Source: Phycisphaeraceae bacterium | Lineage (GTDB): Bacteria; Planctomycetota; Phycisphaerae; Phycisphaerales; Phycisphaeraceae | Direction of reading: 5' to 3' | DNA: 59,057 nt | Assembly (NCBI GenBank): GCA_019634195.1 | Contig: JAHQVV010000202.1 | Location: 1-59,057 of the forward strand | The notes under the pieces: generated by a model | The model's input: the letters and a program-made list of their open reading frames with translations, nothing else | Databases searched by the model: none | What the model was told of the DNA's origin: nothing | Translations under genes and position numbers: made by a program | Shown here: in pieces, positions 50,863 to 59,057 of the stretch | Layout of the letters: each line of letters starts with the position of its first letter | How positions within the stretch are numbered: position 1 is the first letter of the stretch

Positions 50863-51465
50863 ATGAAGCTCAATGACCTCTATGACCACGGCGTGATGCC
50901 GATCCACCTGGGTGGATCCGCGCTCTGCGCGGTGATGCTGCTGGTGGGCTGGGTGTACGGCCTTGGCCCTTTGATGAGCGAGTCGCACCAGGCGACGTCC
51001 ATCATCGAACAGGCCGAGCAGGCTGAGGCTCAGGCCAAGCAGGCCAAGCAGCAGCTGGACCAGGTCTTCGATGAGCTCCAGCTCGTGGAGCAGCAACTCG
51101 ACGAACACCCGTTCAGCCTGCACTCCGCGACGCAGATCAACCCGCTGCTCGCGGAGCTGGCGCAGTGGTCGGAGCTGCACAACCTATCCATCACCCGCAC
51201 CAACGCGGGCCGACGCGAGGCGCTGACCTACTACGACTATGTGCCGATCCAAGTCTCTGGTGAGGGCGGCTATAACGATTTCCTGTCGATGCTCCAGCGG
51301 ATACACAACGGGCGAGGCGACCTGGGCGTGATCACGTTCGGTGTCAGCAGCAGCCCTGCCAGCGGCGGTGTGGCGTTTGAGATCGAGCTTGCCTGGTATG
51401 TCCTGAGTGACGATATGCAAGAAGAGCCGGCGGCCGGGCCGACCGCCGTCGTCCCGACCCGCTAG
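50863..51465 (+). CDS. PilO-like protein
   Basis: TM helix, coiled coil and VPIQVSGEGGY..FL.ML pattern; gene order. Confidence 0.68.
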   Translation: MKLNDLYDHGVMPIHLGGSALCAVMLLVGWVYGLGPLMSESHQATSIIEQAEQAEAQAKQAKQQLDQVFDELQLVEQQLDEHPFSLHSATQINPLLAELAQWSELHNLSITRTNAGRREALTYYDYVPIQVSGEGGYNDFLSMLQRIHNGRGDLGVITFGVSSSPASGGVAFEIELAWYVLSDDMQEEPAAGPTAVVPTR

Positions 51466-51484
51466 ACGCAATCGGAGAGAAGTG

Positions 51485-52111
51485 ATGGAGTTAACGAAAC
51501 AACGCAAGGTGCTGGTCGGCGTGCTCTGCCTCGGGCTGGGCGGCCTGGTGGTGGACCGGTTTGTGCTGGGTTCGCCCGAGACCGCTTCGGCGGGTGACGA
51601 GGTGATCACCGTCGAGGCCCCGCCGGCCGCGGAGCCGCTTGCCGGGCAGGCCCCCGAGCCCGATGTGACCAGCGAGCCGGTCCAGGCATTGCCCTCGTAC
51701 TCGTCGTTGACCCGGCGGCTGATCCAGGCTCAGGAGCAGGCCGGGCCGGCCGCCCATACAGATCAAAACGATGACCCGTTCGCGCTGCCCAAGCAGTGGC
51801 AGGTCGAATTGGCCAATCCACTGAACCAGCCGGCTTCAGACCCGGCAACACAGACGCACCGCATCTCGGGCCTGTTCAAGCTCGACGGCACCGTCCGCAC
51901 ATCGATCGATGGCAAGGATGAGATGCTGGCGGTGATCAGCGGCGGGGGGCTGGACGGCCGGGCCATCCGCGTGGGCCAGAAGGTCCGGGTTCCCGATGGC
52001 AAAGGCTCACACAAGATCTACAAGCTGATCAGGGTCGGTTCTCGCTTTGTGGTGTGGCAACCAGAAGGCACACAGGAAGAGATCACGATGCGCGTCGAAG
52101 AGGTCTTATAG
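51485..52111 (+). CDS. Bitopic hypothetical protein in the PilP position
   Basis: N-terminal TM, Pro-rich linker, DDPF motif and small beta domain. Confidence 0.6.
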   Translation: MELTKQRKVLVGVLCLGLGGLVVDRFVLGSPETASAGDEVITVEAPPAAEPLAGQAPEPDVTSEPVQALPSYSSLTRRLIQAQEQAGPAAHTDQNDDPFALPKQWQVELANPLNQPASDPATQTHRISGLFKLDGTVRTSIDGKDEMLAVISGGGLDGRAIRVGQKVRVPDGKGSHKIYKLIRVGSRFVVWQPEGTQEEITMRVEEVL

Positions 52112-52161
52112 GGCCGGTGACGATTGCAGCGGATAACGGGCCTGATTTTTCCACATTTGAT

Positions 52162-52188
52162 TAAGTCGCCCAAATAGACGCCCGACAA
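52162..52188 (+). promoter_or_regulatory. Sigma28-like promoter for the major pilin
   Basis: TAAG-N15-CCCGACAA in the intergenic gap. Confidence 0.35.
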
Positions 52189-52255
52189 CCTTTAATGACG
52201 CCCCCGCAGATCGCAGTGGGGTTGATTAGAAAACCCTATTTCATCGGAGGTCGGT

Positions 52256-52732
52256 ATGCATACGAGCAACATGAGCAAGAAACGCGGTGGCTTCAGTTTG
52301 ATCGAACTGGTCATCGTCGTTGTCATTATCGGTATCATCGGTGCCATCGCAATCCCTCGGCTTAGCCGTGGTGCCGAAGGTGCCAGCGACTCGGCCCTGG
52401 CCGGCGACTTGGCGGTGATGCGGAATGCCATCGACCTGTACGCGACCGAGCACGGCGGCACATACCCGACCGTCGCTGCTTTCGAAGCTCAACTCACGAC
52501 GTACACCGACGCCAACGGCAATACCAACGCCACCAAGACAGGTTCCTTCATCTACGGCCCCTACATCCGTAAGATCCCGGCCGTCAAGGTCGGCGACGAG
52601 AAGGGCAGCACGACTGTTGCTGCCGCGGCCGCCATCGGTGTCGGCTGGGTCTACGACGCCAGTGCGGGCACCGTTGTCCCCAACACCGGCACGGACACGG
52701 ACGCCGGCGGCAAGGCCTATACCGATTATTGA
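52256..52732 (+). CDS. Major type IV pilin/pseudopilin
   Basis: KRGG|FSLIELVIVVVIIGIIGAIAIP prepilin motif; GGAGG SD. Confidence 0.9.
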   Translation: MHTSNMSKKRGGFSLIELVIVVVIIGIIGAIAIPRLSRGAEGASDSALAGDLAVMRNAIDLYATEHGGTYPTVAAFEAQLTTYTDANGNTNATKTGSFIYGPYIRKIPAVKVGDEKGSTTVAAAAAIGVGWVYDASAGTVVPNTGTDTDAGGKAYTDY

Positions 52733-52778
52733 TCGGTGAGCTTGAGTAGCAAAAGACCGGGACCGGTTGAACGACTTT

Positions 52779-52820
52779 AACGCCGCCCAACAGTCCGGCA
52801 GGATTGTGGGCGGCGTTTTT
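52779..52820 (+). terminator. Intrinsic terminator after the major pilin
   Basis: AACGCCGCCCAACAGTCC-GGCA-GGATTGTGGGCGGCGTT-TTT. Confidence 0.75.
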
Positions 52821-52837
52821 CTGTGTTGAGAAAAAGG

Positions 52838-53347
52838 ATGTGCCAGATCACGCCAATGCGAATAACACGCGAGCCTCGCGGATTCAGCCTGATCGAGCTG
52901 ATCATCGTTGTGGTGATCATCGGGATCATTGGTGCGATCGCGATCCCGCGGCTTAGCAGGGGGGCTGATGGGGCGAACAGTTCGAAGCTGAAGCAGGACC
53001 TGGAGGTGCTCAACAAGGCGCTGGACCTCTACGCCGCCGAGCACGACGGCGCGTACCCCACGATCGCGGAGGTCGCGCAGCAGCTCACGCAGTACACCGA
53101 TGCCGATGGCAACGTTTCGGCCACGCCGACGGCCACGCACATCTACGGGCCGTACCTGCGAGCGATCCCGCCGACTTCGGGCGGCAAATACCCCGGCTCG
53201 TCCACCATCGCCCTTTCGGATGGGACCGACGTCGGGTGGATCTACCGGCCCGCGCGGGCACGGATCTATCTGAACCGCGGCACCGTTGTGGACGATACGG
53301 AAGAAGACACCGCACTGGGCAGGCTGCAGGACAAGGTAGGGCTCTAA
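52838..53347 (+). CDS. Second pilin, paralogue of the major pilin
   Basis: RG|FSLIELIIVVVIIGIIGAIAIPRLSRGA, DLYAAEH..AYPT and IYGPY. Start at 52838 or 52856. Confidence 0.88.
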   Translation: MCQITPMRITREPRGFSLIELIIVVVIIGIIGAIAIPRLSRGADGANSSKLKQDLEVLNKALDLYAAEHDGAYPTIAEVAQQLTQYTDADGNVSATPTATHIYGPYLRAIPPTSGGKYPGSSTIALSDGTDVGWIYRPARARIYLNRGTVVDDTEEDTALGRLQDKVGL

Positions 53348-53803
53348 ATGACGCCTACACGCGACATCCCGGTCTTACGACACGGTTTCACGCTCGTCGA
53401 ACTGGTGCTGGTGATGCTCATCATCGGCGTTGTCAGCGCGATCGCGGTACCACGCTTCGCCCAGGCCAGCGCCCGACAGCGCCTGGATGCCGCGGCGAAT
53501 CGGCTTATCGCTGACACCGCCCTGGCACGATCTCGCGCCAACGCCGCCAGCGAATCCGTGACCATGTCCTTCGATACAAACGACGATATCTACAAGGTCT
53601 CTGCCGTCGCCGGCGACGCCTTCGCCGTCGAACTCGGCGCGTCGCCCTACGACGTCAGCATCACAAGCGCCGACTTCAATGGCAACCGCTTCGTCCAGTT
53701 CAACGCCTTTGGCATCCCGCAGCAAACCGGCACGGTCACCATCAGTTCCAGCAGCGGCTCGGTCACCCTCGCTATCACAGAGAGTGGGGAGGCCACACGA
53801 TGA
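53348..53803 (+). CDS. GspH/FimT-like minor pilin
   Basis: HG|FTLVELVLV, L.AD..LARS.A and VQFNAFG.P motifs. Confidence 0.82.
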   Translation: MTPTRDIPVLRHGFTLVELVLVMLIIGVVSAIAVPRFAQASARQRLDAAANRLIADTALARSRANAASESVTMSFDTNDDIYKVSAVAGDAFAVELGASPYDVSITSADFNGNRFVQFNAFGIPQQTGTVTISSSSGSVTLAITESGEATR

Positions 53804-55452
53804 CCCCATGCACGCCCATCGCTCATCACGGCAGCAGGCATCTGGCCGGCTATACCCTGATCGAGATGGTTCTGAGCCTCGCGCTCTTGTCCATCATCAT
53901 GGTCAGCGCCGGGTCGGCGATGCTCTTTGCCGCGAAGGCAGTGCCCAATGACGGCGACCCCCTGACCCAGCGCACCCATGATGCCCGGCTGGTCGCGCGC
54001 ATCAGCGAAGACCTCGCCCAGGCCAAGTACGTCCTGGAGTACACCAGCCAAGCCGTCACCATCGTTGTTCCGGACCGCGACGGCGACAGCATCCCCGACC
54101 GCATCCGATACGCCTGGGCCGGCAGCTCGGGCGGCCCGCTGACCTATCAGTTCAACGATGCGGCAGCCACGACGATCGCCCCGTCGATCGATGACTTCGA
54201 GTTGACCTACCTGCTCGAAAACGACTCCTTCACGATCCCCGCGCCCCTGATCTTCGGCGCCGAGAAATTGCTCAGCAGCTACGAGAACGACAGCGGCACG
54301 ACCGATCGCGACGTCACCGCCACCAATGCGTTTAGTCAGGGCGTTCTGCCGATTCTCTCGGCCGGTTCCTTAGGGTTTTTGCCTACCCGCCTGGAGCTCT
54401 ATGCCAAGCGGGACAGCCCTACCGACGGCGTCGTCGCGGTCGAGCTGCGCGACCAGACCGTGACCGGGCCGGGGGCCGACCTCTACGCCACCGCCACGAT
54501 CGATGAATCGGACCTCACCGGCGGGTTTAAGTGGAGCGAGGTTGCGATCTTCCCCGAGCAGGCGTATATCCCGAATTTTCAAGTCGTTGCGGTGTCGCTT
54601 ACTCACAACAGCGGCTCAAGCACCGCCGCGCGATTCGCGTCGAATGGCCAGCTGGTCGGCGGCATGATGAGCTCGACCGACAGCGGCGCAAGCTGGACCG
54701 GCGGGCTGTCCGACCGCCTGCTCTACCGGCTCTACGGCCAGCAAGTCTTCTCCGGCGGCAGCGATATCACCGTCGCCCACGACCACGTCCACTCGATCCA
54801 GATCGAACTGGACAGCACCGGCGACAATGCATCGCCCGTCCGCAGCAGCGCGCGTATGCTCCAGGCCCCGCAGATTCTAGATGCCTTCTGGGAAAGCGAC
54901 TTTGATGCCAGCCCGACCCTGATGGACCTCGATGGCGACGGCGCAGCAGACTGGACACATCCATCGGGATCGATCCCCGATAGCCAGTTGGTCAAGGGTG
55001 TTTGGAAAAAGAAGGATGTGCTTTCGGTCAGCCCCACCGATCGATTCACCGGGCCGACGGTTGTTGAGCTGCGCATGTGCGCGGAGGACCTTAGCACTGC
55101 CATCCTTACCGGCCCGCTGCACATCGACAGCAGCGGGGATGTGCTGCCGATCACGGTCACCCTCCGGGACGACGGCGGCGGGAACCAGGAGCTGGTCTTC
55201 TACAACGACCTGACGCAGACCAGGCCCTACGTCACCATGCCGGGCCTGCCCGCGGGCTGGATCGATGTCGAGATTCTGGTGATCCCGGACATGGATGCGG
55301 TCGCGCTGTGGGTCAATGAGGACCTGATCGGGTCGGTCCTGCTCAGCCGAACCGCGAGCACGGGCGAAACCGGGCTGGCTCTGTCGGGCGAGAAAAATGA
55401 CGCGAAGTTCTCCCGGGTCCGCATCACCGTCGGCGGCACCGCCAGCCAGTAA
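53800..55452 (+). CDS. Large GspJ/PilW-like minor pilin with extra extracellular domains
   Basis: AG|YTLIEMVLSL; 550 aa, beta-rich; DRDGD, DLDGDG and STDSGASW motifs. Confidence 0.78.
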   Translation: MTPCTPIAHHGSRHLAGYTLIEMVLSLALLSIIMVSAGSAMLFAAKAVPNDGDPLTQRTHDARLVARISEDLAQAKYVLEYTSQAVTIVVPDRDGDSIPDRIRYAWAGSSGGPLTYQFNDAAATTIAPSIDDFELTYLLENDSFTIPAPLIFGAEKLLSSYENDSGTTDRDVTATNAFSQGVLPILSAGSLGFLPTRLELYAKRDSPTDGVVAVELRDQTVTGPGADLYATATIDESDLTGGFKWSEVAIFPEQAYIPNFQVVAVSLTHNSGSSTAARFASNGQLVGGMMSSTDSGASWTGGLSDRLLYRLYGQQVFSGGSDITVAHDHVHSIQIELDSTGDNASPVRSSARMLQAPQILDAFWESDFDASPTLMDLDGDGAADWTHPSGSIPDSQLVKGVWKKKDVLSVSPTDRFTGPTVVELRMCAEDLSTAILTGPLHIDSSGDVLPITVTLRDDGGGNQELVFYNDLTQTRPYVTMPGLPAGWIDVEILVIPDMDAVALWVNEDLIGSVLLSRTASTGETGLALSGEKNDAKFSRVRITVGGTASQ

Positions 55453-55489
55453 GACCATACGCACCGAGTTAGCCGCCCGAAGCCTCACG

Positions 55490-56023
55490 ATGAACCGCAA
55501 GGCCACCCAACCCGACCAACACCGACGCGGCCTCTCGCTGGTCGAGACGGTGCTGTCGCTGCTGATCCTCGGCGGTGCGTTCGTCGCGCTGCTTAACACG
55601 GTCAGCAGTTCGCGCGCCGCGCAGGGCGTCGCGGGGCAGCGGCAGTACGCACAGGTGCTTGCGGCGGACCTGATGGCCGAGATCCTCAATCAAGACCAGT
55701 ACACCGAGCCCGGGGTGTTTGGCCTGGAGGCCGATGAAAAACTCAGCGGCAACCAGCGCAGCGCCTTCGACGACATCGACGACTACGACAGCTGGTCCGC
55801 CAACCCGCCCACCGATATCGACGGCGACGCGGTCGAGGGGGCCCAGGGCCTGACACGTTCGGCCAGCGTGAAGTGGGTCGACCCGGACAGCCCCGACACC
55901 GACTCGGGCAGCGATCAGGGCCTGGTCCGCGTCACGGTCACGGTCCAGCGCGGCGAAAAGATCTTGGCCCAGGTCATCGCGTATCGGAGTGACGTCTGGG
56001 TATGCCCCGAGGAGTGTCACTGA
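55490..56023 (+). CDS. PilV/GspI-like minor pilin
   Basis: RG|LSLVETVLSL, LA.DLMAEI, FDDIDDY and VRVTVTV motifs. Confidence 0.75.
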   Translation: MNRKATQPDQHRRGLSLVETVLSLLILGGAFVALLNTVSSSRAAQGVAGQRQYAQVLAADLMAEILNQDQYTEPGVFGLEADEKLSGNQRSAFDDIDDYDSWSANPPTDIDGDAVEGAQGLTRSASVKWVDPDSPDTDSGSDQGLVRVTVTVQRGEKILAQVIAYRSDVWVCPEECH

Positions 56024-56499
56024 TGGCTGAGCGTGCAGCGACATCGCGACGACGCAACGGGCGGCAACGCGGCAGCGCGTACATCCTCGTGCTCGGGATC
56101 ACGACGATGCTGGTTGTGATGGGCATCGGGTCGAGCCTGTTAAGCCGGGTGATGCTCGAGCAGAGCAACCTCGAGGAGGACGTGGTCAGTGTGCGGCTCG
56201 CCGCGGTCTCGGCCCTGGATGTCATGCACAAACGCATTGATGGCGACACCGGCTGGCGCAGCAAGTTCAGCCACGATACCTGGGGCGGTACAGAGGCCTA
56301 CGGCGATGCAGAGGTGCAGTTCAAGTTTGTTGATGAGGCCGATGAGAACCTGGCCGACGACGCGACACAGCTGTTTCGGGTTTATGCTCGGGCAACGATC
56401 GGGCACGCGGTGCGGGTCTACAGCGTCGAGCTTAAGCCCGACGGCAGCGGCGGCTATACACGTGATGCGCGGACGCTGCGGCGTGAGAGCAACGAGTAG
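56023..56499 (+). CDS. PilX/GspK-like minor pilin
   Basis: QRG|SAYILVLG with no Glu5, typical of PilX/GspK; last gene of the cluster. Confidence 0.65.
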   Translation: MAERAATSRRRNGRQRGSAYILVLGITTMLVVMGIGSSLLSRVMLEQSNLEEDVVSVRLAAVSALDVMHKRIDGDTGWRSKFSHDTWGGTEAYGDAEVQFKFVDEADENLADDATQLFRVYARATIGHAVRVYSVELKPDGSGGYTRDARTLRRESNE

Positions 56500-56527
56500 C
56501 GTGTTGTAGCTTGACGCCCGGGAGCGA

Positions 56528-58036
56528 TCACAGCGTTGCAAAGCGCTGGCGTGCTGCTTCGTACGACTCCCGCACGGCTTGGTCGCTGCTCGGCTCGTAC
56601 CGCACCGGTTCAAACGATGATGCGATTACCGAGCGGGCCTCGCTGAGGCTGCCCAGGTCGCCGCAAGCGATGGCCTGCACGACCGCGTTGCCCAGCGCGG
56701 TCGCCTCGCCCGGGCCGGCGACGACCTCGAGGCCGGTTGCGTCCGCAGTGATCTGATTCAGTGCGGTGTTCGCCGCGCCGCCGCCGACGATGTGCAGCGT
56801 CCTGATGGTTCGGCCGGTGAGCTGCCCGGCGGTGCGGATCAGCTGGTCATAGCGCAATGCCAATGCGTCGAGGATCGCGCGGACCAGCGATCCTTCATCG
56901 GCCGGCTCGGGCTCGTTGTTCTCTTTGCAGGCTTCACGGATCCGCGCAGGCATATCGCCCGGCGTGGCAAAACGCGGGTCGTCGGGGTCGAACAGGCTCA
57001 CCAGCGCCGGCGCATCACCGGCCATCGACGCCAGCTCCGCGTAGCTGTACCGCTTGCCCTGCTCTGACCAGACCCGCCGGCACTCCTGGATCAGCCACAT
57101 GCCGGCACAGTTCTTCAGGAAACGTGTCGTCCCCTCGACGCCCGCCTCGTTGGTGAAGTTCGCCGCGAGCGCCTCGGGTGTCCGCACCGGCTTGTCTAAC
57201 TCAAGACCGACCAGCGACCACGTCCCGCTGCTGATGTACGCGCAGGTCGTTGGGTCGGGCATCGGCACGGCGACCACGGCCGAGGCGGTGTCGTGCGAAG
57301 CCACCGCGCTGAGGCGCGTGTTGCCGGGCAGCCGTGTCGCCTCCGCAACGATCTTGTTCAAAGTCCCCAACGGCTCGCGGTCGCCCGGCTGGACAATACG
57401 CTCGAAGATCGACGTGGGCACGCCGATCGCGTCGAGCAGGTCCTCGGCCCATTCACAGGTCTGCGCGTCGTAGCACTGGCTCGTCGACGCGAACGTGTGC
57501 TCGTTCGCCCTCGCGCCTGTGAGCCAGTAAGCCAGCAGGTCCGGCACCATCAGGAGCGACTCGGCACGCTCCAGTGGCCTATCGATGTCCTGCGCGTCGA
57601 CCGCGAGCTGGTACAGCGTGTTGATCGGCATGAACTGGATGCCGGTGCGCTCATAGATTTTCTGATCGGTGAGTTTGGCACGCACGTCTTCATAGATTTC
57701 ATTTTTCTTCGGGTCGCGGTAGGCGGTGGGTTGGTGGATGAGTCGGCCGGACTTGCCGATCAGGCCGTAGTCCACGCCCCAGGTGTCAAAGCCGATGGAC
57801 GCGACCCCGCCCGCCCGGCCCGACGAGCGCCGCAACCCCGCGATAATCTCGTCCCACAGCCGGAGGAAGTCCCACTGGTACCGCCCCTGCTCGCTGCCGT
57901 CGTGGACATGGACGACGCGGTTCTCGAAGCGGTGGGCTTCTTCGAGGGTGATGCGTTTGCCGTCGAAGCGGGCGTCCATGACACGGCCCGAGGATGCGCC
58001 CAGGTCGATGGCCAGGTAGTGCTTGCTCTTGCTCAT
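56528..58036 (-). CDS. rhaB: Rhamnulokinase (FGGY family)
   Basis: AIDLGASSGR, DTWGVDY, GIQFMPINTLYQL, SHDTASAV, SSGTWSL and TNEAG motifs. Confidence 0.9.
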   Translation of the reverse strand: MSKSKHYLAIDLGASSGRVMDARFDGKRITLEEAHRFENRVVHVHDGSEQGRYQWDFLRLWDEIIAGLRRSSGRAGGVASIGFDTWGVDYGLIGKSGRLIHQPTAYRDPKKNEIYEDVRAKLTDQKIYERTGIQFMPINTLYQLAVDAQDIDRPLERAESLLMVPDLLAYWLTGARANEHTFASTSQCYDAQTCEWAEDLLDAIGVPTSIFERIVQPGDREPLGTLNKIVAEATRLPGNTRLSAVASHDTASAVVAVPMPDPTTCAYISSGTWSLVGLELDKPVRTPEALAANFTNEAGVEGTTRFLKNCAGMWLIQECRRVWSEQGKRYSYAELASMAGDAPALVSLFDPDDPRFATPGDMPARIREACKENNEPEPADEGSLVRAILDALALRYDQLIRTAGQLTGRTIRTLHIVGGGAANTALNQITADATGLEVVAGPGEATALGNAVVQAIACGDLGSLSEARSVIASSFEPVRYEPSSDQAVRESYEAARQRFATL

Positions 58037-58059
58037 GCGATTCCTCGTGTCTCGGGCAG

Positions 58060-58079
58060 GGCAGGCATTCCTGCCTGTC
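58060..58079. repeat. Short REP-like hairpin
   Basis: GGCAGGCA-TTCC-TGCCTGTC in the divergent intergenic region. Confidence 0.45.
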
Positions 58080-58142
58080 GCAAACCACTCTCGGTTACAC
58101 CTAGAACAGGATAGTAAGATGCGCCGCCCACAGGAGCCCGCC

Positions 58143-59057
58143 ATGCCGGACAAAGACTACATCCTCGCGCTCGACCAGGGGACAACCAGTTCCCGCGCGA
58201 TCGTGTTCGACGCCTTTGCCCAGCCGATCGCGACCGCGCAGCAGGAGTTCGAACAGATCTACCCCCGGCCCGGCTGGGTCGAGCACGACCCGCGGGCGAT
58301 CTGGCAGTCCCAACGCGGCACCGCGGTCCGAGCGATCCGGCAGGCGGGCATCACCGCCGAGCAGATCGCAGGCATCGGGATCACCAATCAGCGGGAGACC
58401 GCTATCGCGTGGGATCGCAACACGGGCAAGCCCCTATGCAACGCGATCGTTTGGCAAGATCGCAGAACCGCTTCCCACATCAATCAACTCAAGGCCGACG
58501 GCCGCGACAAGCTCATCCGCCAAAAAACCGGTCTGGTCCCCGATGCCTACTTCAGCGCCACTAAGTTCGCATGGATCATGGCTAACGTCGATGAGGCGCC
58601 GCGGCTTGCCGCGTCAAACAACCTCTGTTTCGGCACCGTTGACGCCTGGCTCGTCTGCAACCTGACCAATGGTGATCAGTTCATCACCGACGCGTCCAAC
58701 GCCAGCCGCACGATGCTTTATGACATCCATCGCGGCGACTGGGACGACGAACTGCTCGGCCTCTTCGGCATCCCACGCAGGGCACTACCCGAGGTCGTCG
58801 ATAGCTTCGGCCCGTTTGCGGAGGTCAGCGCAATCGACGAACTCAAAGGCGTGCCCATCGCGGGCATCGCCGGCGATCAACAGGCCGCGCTGTTCGGCCA
58901 GATGTGCACCGCCCCGGGCATGGTCAAGAACACCTACGGCACCGGCTGCTTCATGCTCATGAACACCGGCGATGACATCGTCTCCTCGCAAAACAACCTC
59001 CTCTCAACTGTCGCACTCCAACGCGGTGGCGAACGGCACTACGCCCAGGAAGGCGGC
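58143..59057 (+). CDS. glpK: Glycerol kinase, 3'-truncated by window edge (absent from ORF track)
   Basis: Manual translation gives MPDKDYILALDQGTTSSRAIVFD, GITNQRET, WQDRRT, YFSATK, NASRT, GDQQAALFGQ and KNTYGTGCF. Confidence 0.95.
   Translation, partial: MPDKDYILALDQGTTSSRAIVFDAFAQPIATAQQEFEQIYPRPGWVEHDPRAIWQSQRGTAVRAIRQAGITAEQIAGIGITNQRETAIAWDRNTGKPLCNAIVWQDRRTASHINQLKADGRDKLIRQKTGLVPDAYFSATKFAWIMANVDEAPRLAASNNLCFGTVDAWLVCNLTNGDQFITDASNASRTMLYDIHRGDWDDELLGLFGIPRRALPEVVDSFGPFAEVSAIDELKGVPIAGIAGDQQAALFGQMCTAPGMVKNTYGTGCFMLMNTGDDIVSSQNNLLSTVALQRGGERHYAQEGG

Noticed and set aside
58216-58962. Plus-strand ORFs of 149 and 97 aa in the ORF track
   Set aside because: Off-frame to glpK, which runs from 58143 off the window end.

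Overview
GC-rich bacterial chromosomal window with about 50 CDS and one tRNA-Asp(GTC). The source is probably Planctomycetota, most likely Phycisphaerae; this is inferred from the PEP-CTERM protein, DUF1080 paralogues, Tat-exported Gfo/Idh/MocA, the PQQ-propeller/TPR giant and the style of the palindromic repeats. The left part holds housekeeping and sugar-catabolic genes: cobA-hemD, Hc1-like histone, fabZ, an atypical sulfatase, a DUF1080/dehydrogenase/TIM-barrel/ROK glycoside cluster, a siroheme sulfite/nitrite reductase and ugd. The middle holds pfkB, EVE, gltX, glnS, a PA0069-like radical SAM gene, clpC, HDOD-GGDEF and asd. The right part (41.9-56.5 kb) is a type IV pilus/T2SS-like operon headed by a frameshifted histidine kinase and a STAS protein, lying back-to-back with a REC + HD-GYP operon and preceded by sigma28-like promoters; rhaB and a truncated glpK follow. 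The strongest novelty candidates are (1) this signalling-coupled filament module, which has no secretin or PilT in the cluster, and (2) an unannotated ~180-nt highly structured element at 23031-23210. No CRISPR array, integrase or transposase was seen. All calls come from reading the sequence; no database searches were run.
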